From Gammaproteobacteria bacterium (lineage in GTDB: Bacteria > Pseudomonadota > Gammaproteobacteria > Eutrophobiales > Eutrophobiaceae), in NCBI GenBank assembly GCA_965204045.1, contig CBDBDW010000002.1, positions 2,946,610 through 3,010,609 of the forward strand: 64,000 bases of DNA, read 5' to 3'. Position 1 is the stretch's first letter; every line of letters starts with the position of its first letter. The notes below the pieces were generated by a model, which had not been told where the DNA came from, ran no database searches, and saw only the letters and a program-made list of their open reading frames with translations. Both the position numbers and the translations under genes were made by a program. Positions 17,786-27,444 of the stretch are shown here, one piece after another.

Positions 17786-20767
17786 GTGGATAACATTCGT
17801 ATCAGGGGCGCCAGGACCCACAACCTGAAGAATATCAATCTGGATTTTCCCAGGGACAGGATGATAGTGATCACCGGCCTGTCAGGATCCGGCAAGTCAT
17901 CCCTGGCGTTCGACACCATCTACGCGGACGGGCAGCGGCGTTATGTTGAATCACTTTCCGCGTACGCCAGGCAGTTCCTGTCAATGATGGAAAAACCCGA
18001 CGTCGATCATATTGAAGGACTGTCCCCGGCCATCAGCATCGAACAGAAGTCAACTTCCCATAATCCGCGCTCCACCGTGGGGACTATTACAGAGATATAT
18101 GACTACCTGCGCCTGTTGTTTGCCCGGGTGGGTGAACCTCGCTGTCCGGAACACCAGACTCCTTTGGCAGCCCAGACCATCAGCCAGATGGTGGACCTGA
18201 TACTGGAACAACCGGAAGGAAGAAGATTGATGTTGCTGGCTCCCGTGGTCCAGGGAAGAAAAGGTGAGCATATACAGGTAGTGGAAAGAATCAGGGCGGA
18301 AGGTTTCGTGCGGGCGCGTATCGACGGAGAAGTGCTTGAACTGGATAACGTGCCGGCAATGGACCTGCGCAGGAAACACACGATTGAGGCGGTGGTGGAC
18401 CGTTTCCGGGTGCGCCCGGATATCGGTCTGAGACTGGCGGAATCCCTTGAGACCGCAGTACGTCTTTCCGACGGTCTGGCAATCGTCGCTTCCATGGATG
18501 AAACCGATGCCGATGACATGGTGTTCTCAACCCGGTTCGCCTGTCCGGAATGCGGTTACAGCCTGAGTGAACTGGAACCCCGGCTATTTTCGTTCAATAA
18601 CCCGGTCGGCGCCTGTCCCCACTGTGACGGTCTGGGCGTAATCCAGTTTTTCGATTCCGACAAGATAGTCCAGGATCCCGCATTGAGCCTGCCGGACGGC
18701 GCCATACGCGGCTGGGACAGACGCAATGCATATTATTTCCAGCTGATCAAATCTTTGGCAAAACATTATGCTTTTGCCATTGATACACCGTACGCCCGGC
18801 TGCATGAGGATATTCGCCGGGTGATCCTGTACGGCAGCGGTTCTGAAGAAATCGAATTTGAATACCTGCACAGCAAACGCGGCATCATACGCCGCACCCA
18901 TACCTTTGAAGGTGTAATTCCGAACATGCAGCGGCGTTACCGGGAGACCGAATCGGTCATGATCCGGGAAGACCTGAACAGATACCAGAGCAGCCAGCCT
19001 TGTCCGTCCTGCTCAGGCCAGCGCCTCAACCAGGCGGCGAGGCATGTATTCGTAAACAATACCAGCCTGCCGACGATTACCGCGATGACCGTGATGCATG
19101 CCCGGGAGTTTTTTAAACACCTGGTCATACCCGGACGGCGCGGGGAAATCGCCACGCGCATATTAAAGGAAGTTGAGGACCGGTTGCGCTTCCTTGTCAA
19201 CGTGGGTCTGGATTATCTTGCGCTGGACAGGAGCGCGGAAACCCTGTCCGGGGGCGAGGCGCAGCGCATTCGACTGGCCAGCCAGATTGGCGCAGGCCTG
19301 GTCGGTGTGATGTACGTTCTGGATGAACCATCCATCGGTTTGCACCAACGGGACAATAAACGCCTGCTGGCCACGTTGAGGCAATTGCGCGACCTGGGTA
19401 ACACGGTGATCGTTGTCGAACACGACGAGGAGGCCATCAATGCTGCCGACCATGTCATCGATATGGGGCCGGGGGCCGGGGTGCATGGCGGCAGGGTGGT
19501 CAAGCAGGGCAGCCCCGATGATATCGCCCGGTGCAAGGAATCCCTTACCGGCGCCTACCTCTCGGGAAGAAAGCGCATTGACATGCCGTTACAACGCATC
19601 AAGCCTGATCCGGAACGGGTGGTGGTATTGTCCGGCGCTACGGGAAACAACCTCAAGTCGGTCCGGCTGGAACTGCCGCTTGGCCTCATGACCTGCATCA
19701 CCGGTGTTTCCGGATCAGGCAAGTCAACCCTGATTAACGATACCCTGTACCGGATTGCCGCGGGCGAACTGAACTACGTCGGCGCAAAACCGTCCCCATA
19801 CCGGACCATCTCCGGCCTTGAGTATATCGACAAGGTCGTGGATATCAATCAAAGCCCCATCGGTCGCACCCCGCGCTCGAACCCTGCCACCTATACCGGC
19901 CTGTTTACTCCCATCAGGGAGCTTTTCGCCGCCACCCAGGAGGCGCGCTCCAGGGGCTATAAACCCGGCCGTTTCAGTTTCAACGTCAAGGGAGGGCGTT
20001 GTGAGGCGTGCCAGGGAGACGGGCTGATCAAGGTGGAGATGCACTTTCTGCCGGACATATATGTCATGTGCGACGTCTGCAAGGGCAAACGCTATAACAG
20101 GGAAACCCTGCAGGTCCGGTACAAGGGTAAAAACATCCATGAAATTCTGGATATGACGGTGGAAGACGCCCGGGAATTCTTCTCGCCGGTGCCGCTCATC
20201 GCCCGCAAACTGCAAACCCTGGTAGACGTGGGGCTGTCCTATATCCGTCTCGGCCAGAACGCCACGACCTTATCCGGAGGTGAGGCGCAACGGGTGAAAC
20301 TGTCCAGGGAGTTGTCCAAACGGGATACCGGCAAGACGCTCTACATACTGGATGAACCGACCACCGGCCTGCATTTCCACGACGTCAAGCAATTACTCGG
20401 CGTGCTGCATCGATTGCGCGACCACGGTAATACGGTAGTCGTCATCGAACATAACCTGGACGTCATCAAGACTGCGGACTGGATCGTCGACCTGGGGCCC
20501 GAAGGGGGCGATGGCGGCGGAGAGATCATTGCCGCCGGCACACCGGAAGACATTTCAAAACTGGCGCATTCCCATACCGGGCGGTACCTGGCGCCGGTAA
20601 TAGACGAACACCGGGTTTGTATACCAGACAGCACAGACAAACGTGAAGAAATGAGGCCTCAGTTATTAAGAACCGAACTGATCAAGGGACAAAACAGCCC
20701 GGTTACAGATAACTGGAGTGCTGACGACTTTTTAGACAGGGTAAGGCAACAAGCCGGTGATAAGTAA
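17786..20767 (+). CDS. uvrA: excinuclease ABC subunit A, with a ~50-aa C-terminal extension
   Basis: Two ABC ATPase modules (GLSGSGKS twice) and zinc-finger cysteines. Divergent from ssb as in enterobacteria. Confidence 0.95.
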   Translation: MDNIRIRGARTHNLKNINLDFPRDRMIVITGLSGSGKSSLAFDTIYADGQRRYVESLSAYARQFLSMMEKPDVDHIEGLSPAISIEQKSTSHNPRSTVGTITEIYDYLRLLFARVGEPRCPEHQTPLAAQTISQMVDLILEQPEGRRLMLLAPVVQGRKGEHIQVVERIRAEGFVRARIDGEVLELDNVPAMDLRRKHTIEAVVDRFRVRPDIGLRLAESLETAVRLSDGLAIVASMDETDADDMVFSTRFACPECGYSLSELEPRLFSFNNPVGACPHCDGLGVIQFFDSDKIVQDPALSLPDGAIRGWDRRNAYYFQLIKSLAKHYAFAIDTPYARLHEDIRRVILYGSGSEEIEFEYLHSKRGIIRRTHTFEGVIPNMQRRYRETESVMIREDLNRYQSSQPCPSCSGQRLNQAARHVFVNNTSLPTITAMTVMHAREFFKHLVIPGRRGEIATRILKEVEDRLRFLVNVGLDYLALDRSAETLSGGEAQRIRLASQIGAGLVGVMYVLDEPSIGLHQRDNKRLLATLRQLRDLGNTVIVVEHDEEAINAADHVIDMGPGAGVHGGRVVKQGSPDDIARCKESLTGAYLSGRKRIDMPLQRIKPDPERVVVLSGATGNNLKSVRLELPLGLMTCITGVSGSGKSTLINDTLYRIAAGELNYVGAKPSPYRTISGLEYIDKVVDINQSPIGRTPRSNPATYTGLFTPIRELFAATQEARSRGYKPGRFSFNVKGGRCEACQGDGLIKVEMHFLPDIYVMCDVCKGKRYNRETLQVRYKGKNIHEILDMTVEDAREFFSPVPLIARKLQTLVDVGLSYIRLGQNATTLSGGEAQRVKLSRELSKRDTGKTLYILDEPTTGLHFHDVKQLLGVLHRLRDHGNTVVVIEHNLDVIKTADWIVDLGPEGGDGGGEIIAAGTPEDISKLAHSHTGRYLAPVIDEHRVCIPDSTDKREEMRPQLLRTELIKGQNSPVTDNWSADDFLDRVRQQAGDK

Positions 20768-20880
20768 TCCCAACTGTCAGGTGCGCCAGGCTGCGGATAA
20801 CGATTTATCGGATATTGATATTCATATCCTGCATAAGTTCATACTTCCTGATAAGCGTCTGACATAGTATGGTGGGAATC

Positions 20881-21174
20881 TCAGCGTCCGGGTTTTTCCT
20901 GGATGATTGAGGGTTGCTTTTCTATCAACGCCAATAGAATCCGCGCCGGCCCTTCCGGGCGCTGGCGCCCCAGTTCCCAATTTTTCAGTGTATCGAGCGA
21001 GACATCAATGCTTTTGGCAAAAGCTGTTTGTGAGAGCCCTGTCTTGCCTCGTACAGTCACGACATCGGGGGCTGATACTTCAATTCCGTGCACCGCGAAA
21101 CCATTGCGACCGCCCTCGAGGTAAACGCGGGTATCCTTAAGGCCGGTCATGACTTTATCGAATGCTTCACTCAT
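20881..21174 (-). CDS. HTH (Xre-family) antitoxin, HigA-like
   Basis: 97 aa with a helix-turn-helix segment LSQTAFAKSIDVSLDTLKNWE. Overlaps the upstream toxin gene by 4 bp. Confidence 0.7.
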   Translation of the reverse strand: MSEAFDKVMTGLKDTRVYLEGGRNGFAVHGIEVSAPDVVTVRGKTGLSQTAFAKSIDVSLDTLKNWELGRQRPEGPARILLALIEKQPSIIQEKPGR

Positions 21175-21569
21175 TGGCGCCTCCTGTAATTTTCAATCAT
21201 ATCTTTTGCAGCAGCTACCAGTGCCTCTCGTTCCCCGGAGCTGAGATTTGTTTTCTCATTCTTGGCAAATACGGCAAGTAAAAACACGGGAATGGTTTTG
21301 TCGGAAAACAGAAACACTACACGCGCCCCGCTGCTTTTACCACGCCCTGAACGGGCAAACCGCATTTTTCGTATGCCTCCTCCAAGTGACACGCCAGACT
21401 TTGGATTCTTTGCTACTGTGTTGACGATTTCATCTCGTTCCGAGTCTGACAGTATTCCCTTTGCTGCCGTGAGATACGCAGGCGTCTCAACGACAGTCTG
21501 TAAACTACCGCTCATAGAAAAATCATAGGTATCCCGGGCCTCGAAGTCAATAGCGATTGTATAACACAA
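21171..21569 (-). CDS. RelE/HigB-like toxin (Gp49/phage-derived RelE-fold family)
   Basis: Motifs RKMRF...GARVVFLF...VFLLAVFAKNEKTNLS are characteristic of HigB/Gp49-like toxins. Toxin-first orientation with an Xre antitoxin downstream. Confidence 0.65.
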   Translation of the reverse strand: MCYTIAIDFEARDTYDFSMSGSLQTVVETPAYLTAAKGILSDSERDEIVNTVAKNPKSGVSLGGGIRKMRFARSGRGKSSGARVVFLFSDKTIPVFLLAVFAKNEKTNLSSGEREALVAAAKDMIENYRRRQ

Positions 21570-21678
21570 ACCGGGGTAATCGCATACTTTTGTTGCGTCT
21601 GCCTGAACCGGACTTTGATATACTTTCTTCTACTGTGATTGATAACATGGGAACGGAAATGAAAAAGGAAGAAACAGA

Positions 21679-24360
21679 ATGAATGAGAAACCAAAGGAAA
21701 ACCGCTTCCTGGACGCGTTGGAAGCCCTGTTTACCGGCGCCGAAGTAGAGGGCGAATCCGGCTTCATCAACCTGATGAGGATGAAACGGGGATATTTTAA
21801 ATCCTTGCGTCCGAAACTCATGGAAAAAATCGACAGTCGTGCCGGGAAAGATACGGCTTTCCGGGAAGAACTGTTCGATAAACTGTACACCTTTTTCAGT
21901 CGTTATTTCTGTGAAAGCGGCTCGATCTATTTCCGTCACTTGCCTGCTTTCTCAAAAATCTATGAGCGCGTCTATTCCTCTGATGAAGACGTTGCGTTGT
22001 CATGGAAAACCCACATGCTATATTACGTGAAATCGGACATCCTGGTGCGTTCCATGCCGGTAAGGCTGGAGGACAAACAGAATCCCGCACACAGGAGACT
22101 GTTTTACTTCGACGCTTCCCAGGTTGAACACAAACGTAACAACGAGCGACGCGAGTTTGTTTTTGAGTTCGCAAAAGTGGAAAGAAGCCCGGAAGGCAAC
22201 GTTGTACATCTCTCGGTATCCTACTCCCAGAAAGGCAGAAAAACCAAGCTTGAGACCATTATCAGAAAGGCCAGAAACGCGCCCGGCGCCAAGGTAATGC
22301 TGAGTGAAGATGACTTACAAGACGCATTTCGGGTTTTCAAACGGCAGACGGAAGCCGATTTCTTTATCAACAAGGATGCGCGGGGCTTTCTCCGCGAACA
22401 ATTCGACTTGTGGCTTTACCAGTACATGTTTCAGGATGAGACAATTTTTGAACAAAAACGGCTTGACCAGTTGCAAGCTATCCAGCTAACCGCGTACGAC
22501 ATCATAGATTTCATTGCCCAGTTTGAGGATGAACTGCGGCGGACCTGGGAGAAACCGAAGTTTGTACGCAACGTCAATTACGTGGTGACACTGGATAAAC
22601 TGCCCCCCGGACTGCTGGATAAGATTGTCAGGCACAAGGGCGCGGCAGCGCAGGTTGAGGAATGGCAATCGCTGGAACTGGTGGATGAGCAATTTTCCAT
22701 CGCGGAATTAAACAAGGGGGACGGTGAACTGGACCTGGAGAGTAACGGTCCCGTTAACAGGGCTTGCCGCTTTCTGCCTTTGGATACAAAGCATTTCAAA
22801 GAACTGGAGATGGAAATTCTTGGCGCGCTGGGCGACTTGGACGAGGCACTGGACGGCGAACTGGTACACAGTGAGAACTGGCAGGCGTTGAATACCCTGC
22901 AAAAGCGGTATAGGGGAAGGGTGAAGTGTATTCACGTTGATCCGCCCTATAACACGAAAACCAGCGGTTTTCTTTATCGGAATCAATACAAGCATTCCAG
23001 TTGGCTTACGATGATGGAAAACCGTGTGAATATTGCGTTGGAATTACTTGCGGAAGACGGTTCATTTTTGTGCCATATTGATGAGAACGAATACGAAAGA
23101 CTCCAGCTTCTCATGGAGAATACGGGATTGCTCAATCCCGGAACGGTAATATGGGATAAGAAAAACCCGATGATGGGAGCTAGAGGGATTTCTACTCGGC
23201 ATGAATATATCTTGTGGCGGACAAGACACGAGGGGGCTTTCTATCTCAAAAACACGAATGTCCAAGCCATGCTCGCTAAATCCAAAGAACTTATAAAAAA
23301 ACACGGTGGTGTGAATGGCAATGTGCGTAAAGAATTTTCGCGATGGGTAGAGGGCAATGTAGATCTCACCGGAGGAGAACGTGCTTACCGATTTTTAGAT
23401 GACAAAGGACAAGTTTATCGGGGTGTCGCTATGGTGTGGCCGAATCCCAACCCTGCTCCTGATAAATTCTTTGTTCCTTTAATACACCCTCTCACGAGAA
23501 AGCCATGTCCAGTTCCCCAAAGGGGTTGGTCGCAGTCGCCAGAAAGAATGAAAAGTCTTTTAGAAAAAGGGGAGATTCTATTCGGCAAAGACGAAACTAC
23601 TCAGCCACAGCGTAAGATATATCTCACCGGAGAATCCAGGCGCCCTGTCTCAACGGTCATTGAAAATGGTAAAAGAGGAAAGAAAGAAATAGATAATTTA
23701 GGACTGGACTTTTCCTACTGTCATCCTACATCACTTTATGAAGAATTGATAAATGCGTCTTCAATAAATGGAGATGGAGTCGCTCTTGACTACTTCGCTG
23801 GCTCTGGTACCACTGGCCATGCAATCATCAACCTAAATAAGGATGACGGTGGCAATCGAAAATATGTGCTCGTCGAAATGGGAGATTATTTTCATACAGT
23901 CCTGCTCCCGCGTCTAAAGAAAATCGTTTATTCCAAAGACTGGAAAGACAGGAAGCCGGTTTCCCATGAAGGCAGCAGTCACTTTCTCAAATACTACACC
24001 TTGGAACAATACGAAGAAACCCTGAGAAATTCCCACTATCAGGACGGCGAACAACTGGAACTGGACAGCATGAAATCGCCGTTCGAGCAATACGCGTTTT
24101 TCGGAGATGACAAACTCACCCACTCAGTCAGGCCGTTAAAGAACGGCAAATTGAAAATCAACCTCCACGCGCTCTACCCGGACGTAGACATCGCGGAGTC
24201 ACTCTCCAACATCCTCGGCAAACCCATCCGTCATCGTACGGCTGACACCGTAACGTTCACCGATGGCGCCACCGAAAAAACCAACCTCGCAACCATGACC
24301 GAGCAAGAGAAACGGCATTTCATCTCATTGGTGAAACCCTACCTGTGGTGGGGAGAGTGA
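21679..24360 (+). CDS. type III R-M Mod-like N6-adenine DNA methyltransferase (beta class: DPPY, then TRD, then FxGxG) with a ~400-aa N-terminal extension of unknown function
   Basis: IHVDPPYNT (motif IV) about 290 aa upstream of DYFAGSGTTGHA (motif I), which is the beta-class order typical of Mod. 893 aa, about 250-300 aa longer than typical Mod. Confidence 0.75.
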   Translation: MNEKPKENRFLDALEALFTGAEVEGESGFINLMRMKRGYFKSLRPKLMEKIDSRAGKDTAFREELFDKLYTFFSRYFCESGSIYFRHLPAFSKIYERVYSSDEDVALSWKTHMLYYVKSDILVRSMPVRLEDKQNPAHRRLFYFDASQVEHKRNNERREFVFEFAKVERSPEGNVVHLSVSYSQKGRKTKLETIIRKARNAPGAKVMLSEDDLQDAFRVFKRQTEADFFINKDARGFLREQFDLWLYQYMFQDETIFEQKRLDQLQAIQLTAYDIIDFIAQFEDELRRTWEKPKFVRNVNYVVTLDKLPPGLLDKIVRHKGAAAQVEEWQSLELVDEQFSIAELNKGDGELDLESNGPVNRACRFLPLDTKHFKELEMEILGALGDLDEALDGELVHSENWQALNTLQKRYRGRVKCIHVDPPYNTKTSGFLYRNQYKHSSWLTMMENRVNIALELLAEDGSFLCHIDENEYERLQLLMENTGLLNPGTVIWDKKNPMMGARGISTRHEYILWRTRHEGAFYLKNTNVQAMLAKSKELIKKHGGVNGNVRKEFSRWVEGNVDLTGGERAYRFLDDKGQVYRGVAMVWPNPNPAPDKFFVPLIHPLTRKPCPVPQRGWSQSPERMKSLLEKGEILFGKDETTQPQRKIYLTGESRRPVSTVIENGKRGKKEIDNLGLDFSYCHPTSLYEELINASSINGDGVALDYFAGSGTTGHAIINLNKDDGGNRKYVLVEMGDYFHTVLLPRLKKIVYSKDWKDRKPVSHEGSSHFLKYYTLEQYEETLRNSHYQDGEQLELDSMKSPFEQYAFFGDDKLTHSVRPLKNGKLKINLHALYPDVDIAESLSNILGKPIRHRTADTVTFTDGATEKTNLATMTEQEKRHFISLVKPYLWWGE

Positions 24361-24364
24361 TACA

Positions 24365-25015
24365 GTGAAGCAAGAAAATTACACCGCGCCCGTTTTTCGA
24401 CAAAAGGCATTCCATTGTCCGATATGCAATGTTTATGCAAACCAGGATTGGTATCCTGCCTACTATGGTTTTAGGGAACTTGGGTTAAACCAGATAGAGA
24501 TTCTACAAATTGCTCTTTGTGCTCATTGCGGACATTTTTCTTTCTGGCTGAACGGTAATCTCGTATATCCCAAAAAAATTACCGCCCCACTTGCGCATAG
24601 GGACATGCCAGAAACCGTAGTCGGCTATTACAACGAAGCGCGGGAAATATCTACTTCTTCTCCAAGATCTGCAGCAGCATTGCTTCGCATCGCCGCCAAA
24701 AAGCTCTGTGAAGCACTTGGAGAAAATGAACCTAACCTGAACCGAGCTATAGGCAACTTGAGCAAAAAAGGTTTGCCGCAAAATGTAATAAAATCACTGG
24801 ACACAGTCAGGATTGTGGGCAATGAAGGTGGCGCTCACGAAGGGCAGATTGATCTGACTGGTGAAGACAATAAGGAAATTGTTGACAGGTTATTCTGGTT
24901 AATCAATTTCATTATTGAAAAAACCATTACAGAACCAAGCGAAATAGAAAACACCTTCAGTTCCTTGCCGGAAAATAAAAGACAGGCTGCTGAAAAAAGA
25001 GACGAAGGAAAATAA
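24365..25015 (+). CDS. zinc-ribbon + DUF4145-like (possible HEPN-like) domain protein, translationally coupled to mod
   Basis: N-terminal CPIC...CAHC zinc ribbon. C-terminal segment RIAAKKLCEAL...SLDTVRIVGNEGGAHEG resembles DUF4145 as recalled from memory. GTG start 4 bp after the mod stop. Confidence 0.5.
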   Translation: MKQENYTAPVFRQKAFHCPICNVYANQDWYPAYYGFRELGLNQIEILQIALCAHCGHFSFWLNGNLVYPKKITAPLAHRDMPETVVGYYNEAREISTSSPRSAAALLRIAAKKLCEALGENEPNLNRAIGNLSKKGLPQNVIKSLDTVRIVGNEGGAHEGQIDLTGEDNKEIVDRLFWLINFIIEKTITEPSEIENTFSSLPENKRQAAEKRDEGK

Positions 25016-25187
25016 CAGTTGCAAAAGAATAGATTCGCTTCCTACTGTCACTTAAACATCGTGAATGGTGGAGGAAATAAGAATAGAACGGCAAAAGAAT
25101 CCTCTTCAGGATTTTGCACTGTAGCTATAGATATTCAGTTTATTGGAAGAAAATACCAAGCATAATTAATAACTGGAACTAGACAGC

Positions 25188-25481
25188 ATGAAATCACCGT
25201 TTCAGCAATACGTTTTTTTCGGTGACGATAAACTCGCTCATGCGGCCCAACCATCGGAAAACGGCAAACTGGACATCAACCTGCAAGACCTGTACCCTGA
25301 TATAGACATCGCAGAGTCACTTTCCAATGTCCTGGGCAAACCCATCCGTTGCCTTACAACAAATAGTGTTACCTTTATCGATGGAACGACAGAAAAAACT
25401 AACCCAGCCACCATGACAGAAGAAGAAAAACGCCATTTTCTCTCACTTATTAAACCTTATTTGTGGTGGGGTGTTCTATGA
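25188..25481 (+). pseudogene. diverged duplicate of the mod 3' end (97 codons, homologous to mod residues ~797-893); recombination scar or orphan fragment
   Basis: Protein identity to the Mod C-terminus is about 75% (MKSPFQQYVFFGDDKL.. versus MKSPFEQYAFFGDDKL..). Nucleotide identity about 75%. Copy B is more AT-rich. Confidence 0.7.
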
Positions 25482-26881
25482 ATCTCAATCTGAATATTAA
25501 AAATATCGGCAAGTTGACCAATGCTGAAATTCATATTGCAAACTTCACAGTGTTTGCAGGACCAAACAATACAGGTAAGAGTTTCGTTTCTAAGCTGCTG
25601 TATTCGCTGTTTAATGCTATGAACGCCAATCATATACAGATACATGTGAACAACTTGATCAAGCCCGTTGTAAGCAGTTTTTTCAGGCTGGATAGATTGG
25701 CACACTATAACATCGAAAAATCACAGCCTTTGCTGGAGGAGGGTGACCTAGAAAAACTGGAAGCCCTTGTCGAAGATTGTATGCCTGGTGACTCTAAAGA
25801 ACTGGATGAGGTTATAAGTAATCTTATCCACCAGACGAATGAGATTGAGAAAAAAGTAAACGATATTCAGATCCCTGAAGGAGTAAAAGAGGAAGCGAAA
25901 GGAAGGCAAAATGGAACATCACCTATCATGAGAATGAAAGAAACACATGAGGAATTAAAAAAATCTTTGGATAAATTAAAACAAGATTTAAGCGGGGGGG
26001 ATTGGCTGGATTTTATAGTCGCTGGGATGAAGTACAAAATCCGGCAAAACCTGATTCATAATTTCCAAACACCTACATTATCGGGCCTCATAGCTGAAGA
26101 CGATGCACCCTCAGAAATCATGTTCAAAAACTTCGGAAAATTCGAACTATTAAATGATGAAATCGAATTTGCGATAGACGAAATTTTGGTGCAGGAATTA
26201 CAACATCATTCCAACGTAATCTATCTGGAATCGCCCGTCTACTGGAAATTAAAGAATGCCCTAGATGATATAAGACGTAACCCGCGGAGAATGTTCTTTA
26301 GAAGAGAAAGGGAGCTACTGAGTGGCGTTCCCGAGTACTTCTATGATCTGATCACTGCACTAAGTTTTCAGCGCACAGGTGGCATTGCATTTCCGAACGT
26401 ATATGAAAAGTTGACGGGCAAGGAGGTCATGGGCGGGAAGATTGCCATTTCGGAAAGTGGCAATTTATCATTTCAAGAGAATGAGCGAAATTTCACATTG
26501 CCGCTTACCGCGATGGGAATAGTGAACATGGGAATATTGGCGTTGTTAATTGAACGTAATGTACTGGATAAAGATACTGTTATTTTTATCGATGAACCGG
26601 AAGCGCACCTACACCCCGCTTGGCAGGTCGTCATGGCGGAAGCCCTCTTTGAACTGTCCCGCTATGGTGTGAACGTAGTCATTGCTACCCATAGTGTGGA
26701 CATTCTTAAATGGCTGGAAGTACATGTGAAGAAAAAGCCTGAAGACAAGCAACTAATTGCACTAAACCAGTTTCCCGTCAACAACAGCGAAGTTGATGAA
26801 GATTTTGAAACCAAAATGGCAAATATCAAGCAGGAATTAACCCAGCCCTTCTCTGACTTGTATGTGGAAGGACTGTTATGA
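25478..26881 (+). CDS. ABC/SMC-like AAA ATPase (AAA_15/AAA_21-type) with a coiled-coil insertion; defence-associated ATPase embedded in the R-M locus
   Basis: Walker A FAGPNNTGKS. Walker B/D-loop VIFIDEPEAHLHP. H-loop IATHS. About 110-aa coiled-coil insert. No Toprim or other nuclease domain. Low-GC gene. Confidence 0.7.
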   Translation: MNLNLNIKNIGKLTNAEIHIANFTVFAGPNNTGKSFVSKLLYSLFNAMNANHIQIHVNNLIKPVVSSFFRLDRLAHYNIEKSQPLLEEGDLEKLEALVEDCMPGDSKELDEVISNLIHQTNEIEKKVNDIQIPEGVKEEAKGRQNGTSPIMRMKETHEELKKSLDKLKQDLSGGDWLDFIVAGMKYKIRQNLIHNFQTPTLSGLIAEDDAPSEIMFKNFGKFELLNDEIEFAIDEILVQELQHHSNVIYLESPVYWKLKNALDDIRRNPRRMFFRRERELLSGVPEYFYDLITALSFQRTGGIAFPNVYEKLTGKEVMGGKIAISESGNLSFQENERNFTLPLTAMGIVNMGILALLIERNVLDKDTVIFIDEPEAHLHPAWQVVMAEALFELSRYGVNVVIATHSVDILKWLEVHVKKKPEDKQLIALNQFPVNNSEVDEDFETKMANIKQELTQPFSDLYVEGLL

Positions 26882-27444
26882 CGTCTCTGGATAGCTTCCG
26901 GGAGAAACAGAATGTTTCCTCCGGCAAAGATTTTGAAGCCTTCCGCATGGATAACACAAAAAAGGCCGAAGGGATTCCTGATATGAGAACACACGTCGGG
27001 TTGGGTAGTTGTGATTGCTGTGACTATTTTCTTGTCCATGAAAATAAAGTTGTGCTGGTTGAAGAAACCCGGTTAGCGGATACCATTAAAACCATAGGAA
27101 AAAAATACTCTTACCTTACTGAACCCCACAGGCAGAAATTTACCGAAAATTGTGTCAGGCAGGAAAACTATGTGAAGGTATATGGGGCTTTGCTCGTCCT
27201 GTGCCGTCTGGCTGCGAAGTGCCGGGAAGCATCGACCCTGATACAAGACAAAAAACACGTTTTTTATCTTGTTGTCAAAGGAATGGAAACAGAAGAGGCA
27301 AAAAGGATGTTCGATAACTTGAAAGACAATTTGCAGTTGCAGTTACAAAGCGTCCTGACTCCGGCGGTAATGGACAATGTGGAAGTGATACCGTCCCGTG
27401 AGCTCCTGGCCGACAAACTATCACAACATGCAACCCGCTCTTGA
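26878..27444 (+). CDS. 188-aa partner protein of the ATPase (possible RloB/AbiLii-like or PD-(D/E)xK-like effector); function unknown
   Basis: Start overlaps the ATPase stop (ATGA). Contains IPD...x19...VHENK, a possible PD-ExK arrangement, and a CDCCD cluster. No confident domain call. Confidence 0.4.
   Translation: MTSLDSFREKQNVSSGKDFEAFRMDNTKKAEGIPDMRTHVGLGSCDCCDYFLVHENKVVLVEETRLADTIKTIGKKYSYLTEPHRQKFTENCVRQENYVKVYGALLVLCRLAAKCREASTLIQDKKHVFYLVVKGMETEEAKRMFDNLKDNLQLQLQSVLTPAVMDNVEVIPSRELLADKLSQHATRS

Noticed and set aside
26878-27444. Calling the 188-aa protein an HNH nuclease (PtuB-like) or Toprim (AriB-like)
   Set aside because: No paired CxxC plus H-N-H signature and no E...DxD Toprim spacing. 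Only a tentative PD-ExK-like pattern, so it is left as unknown.
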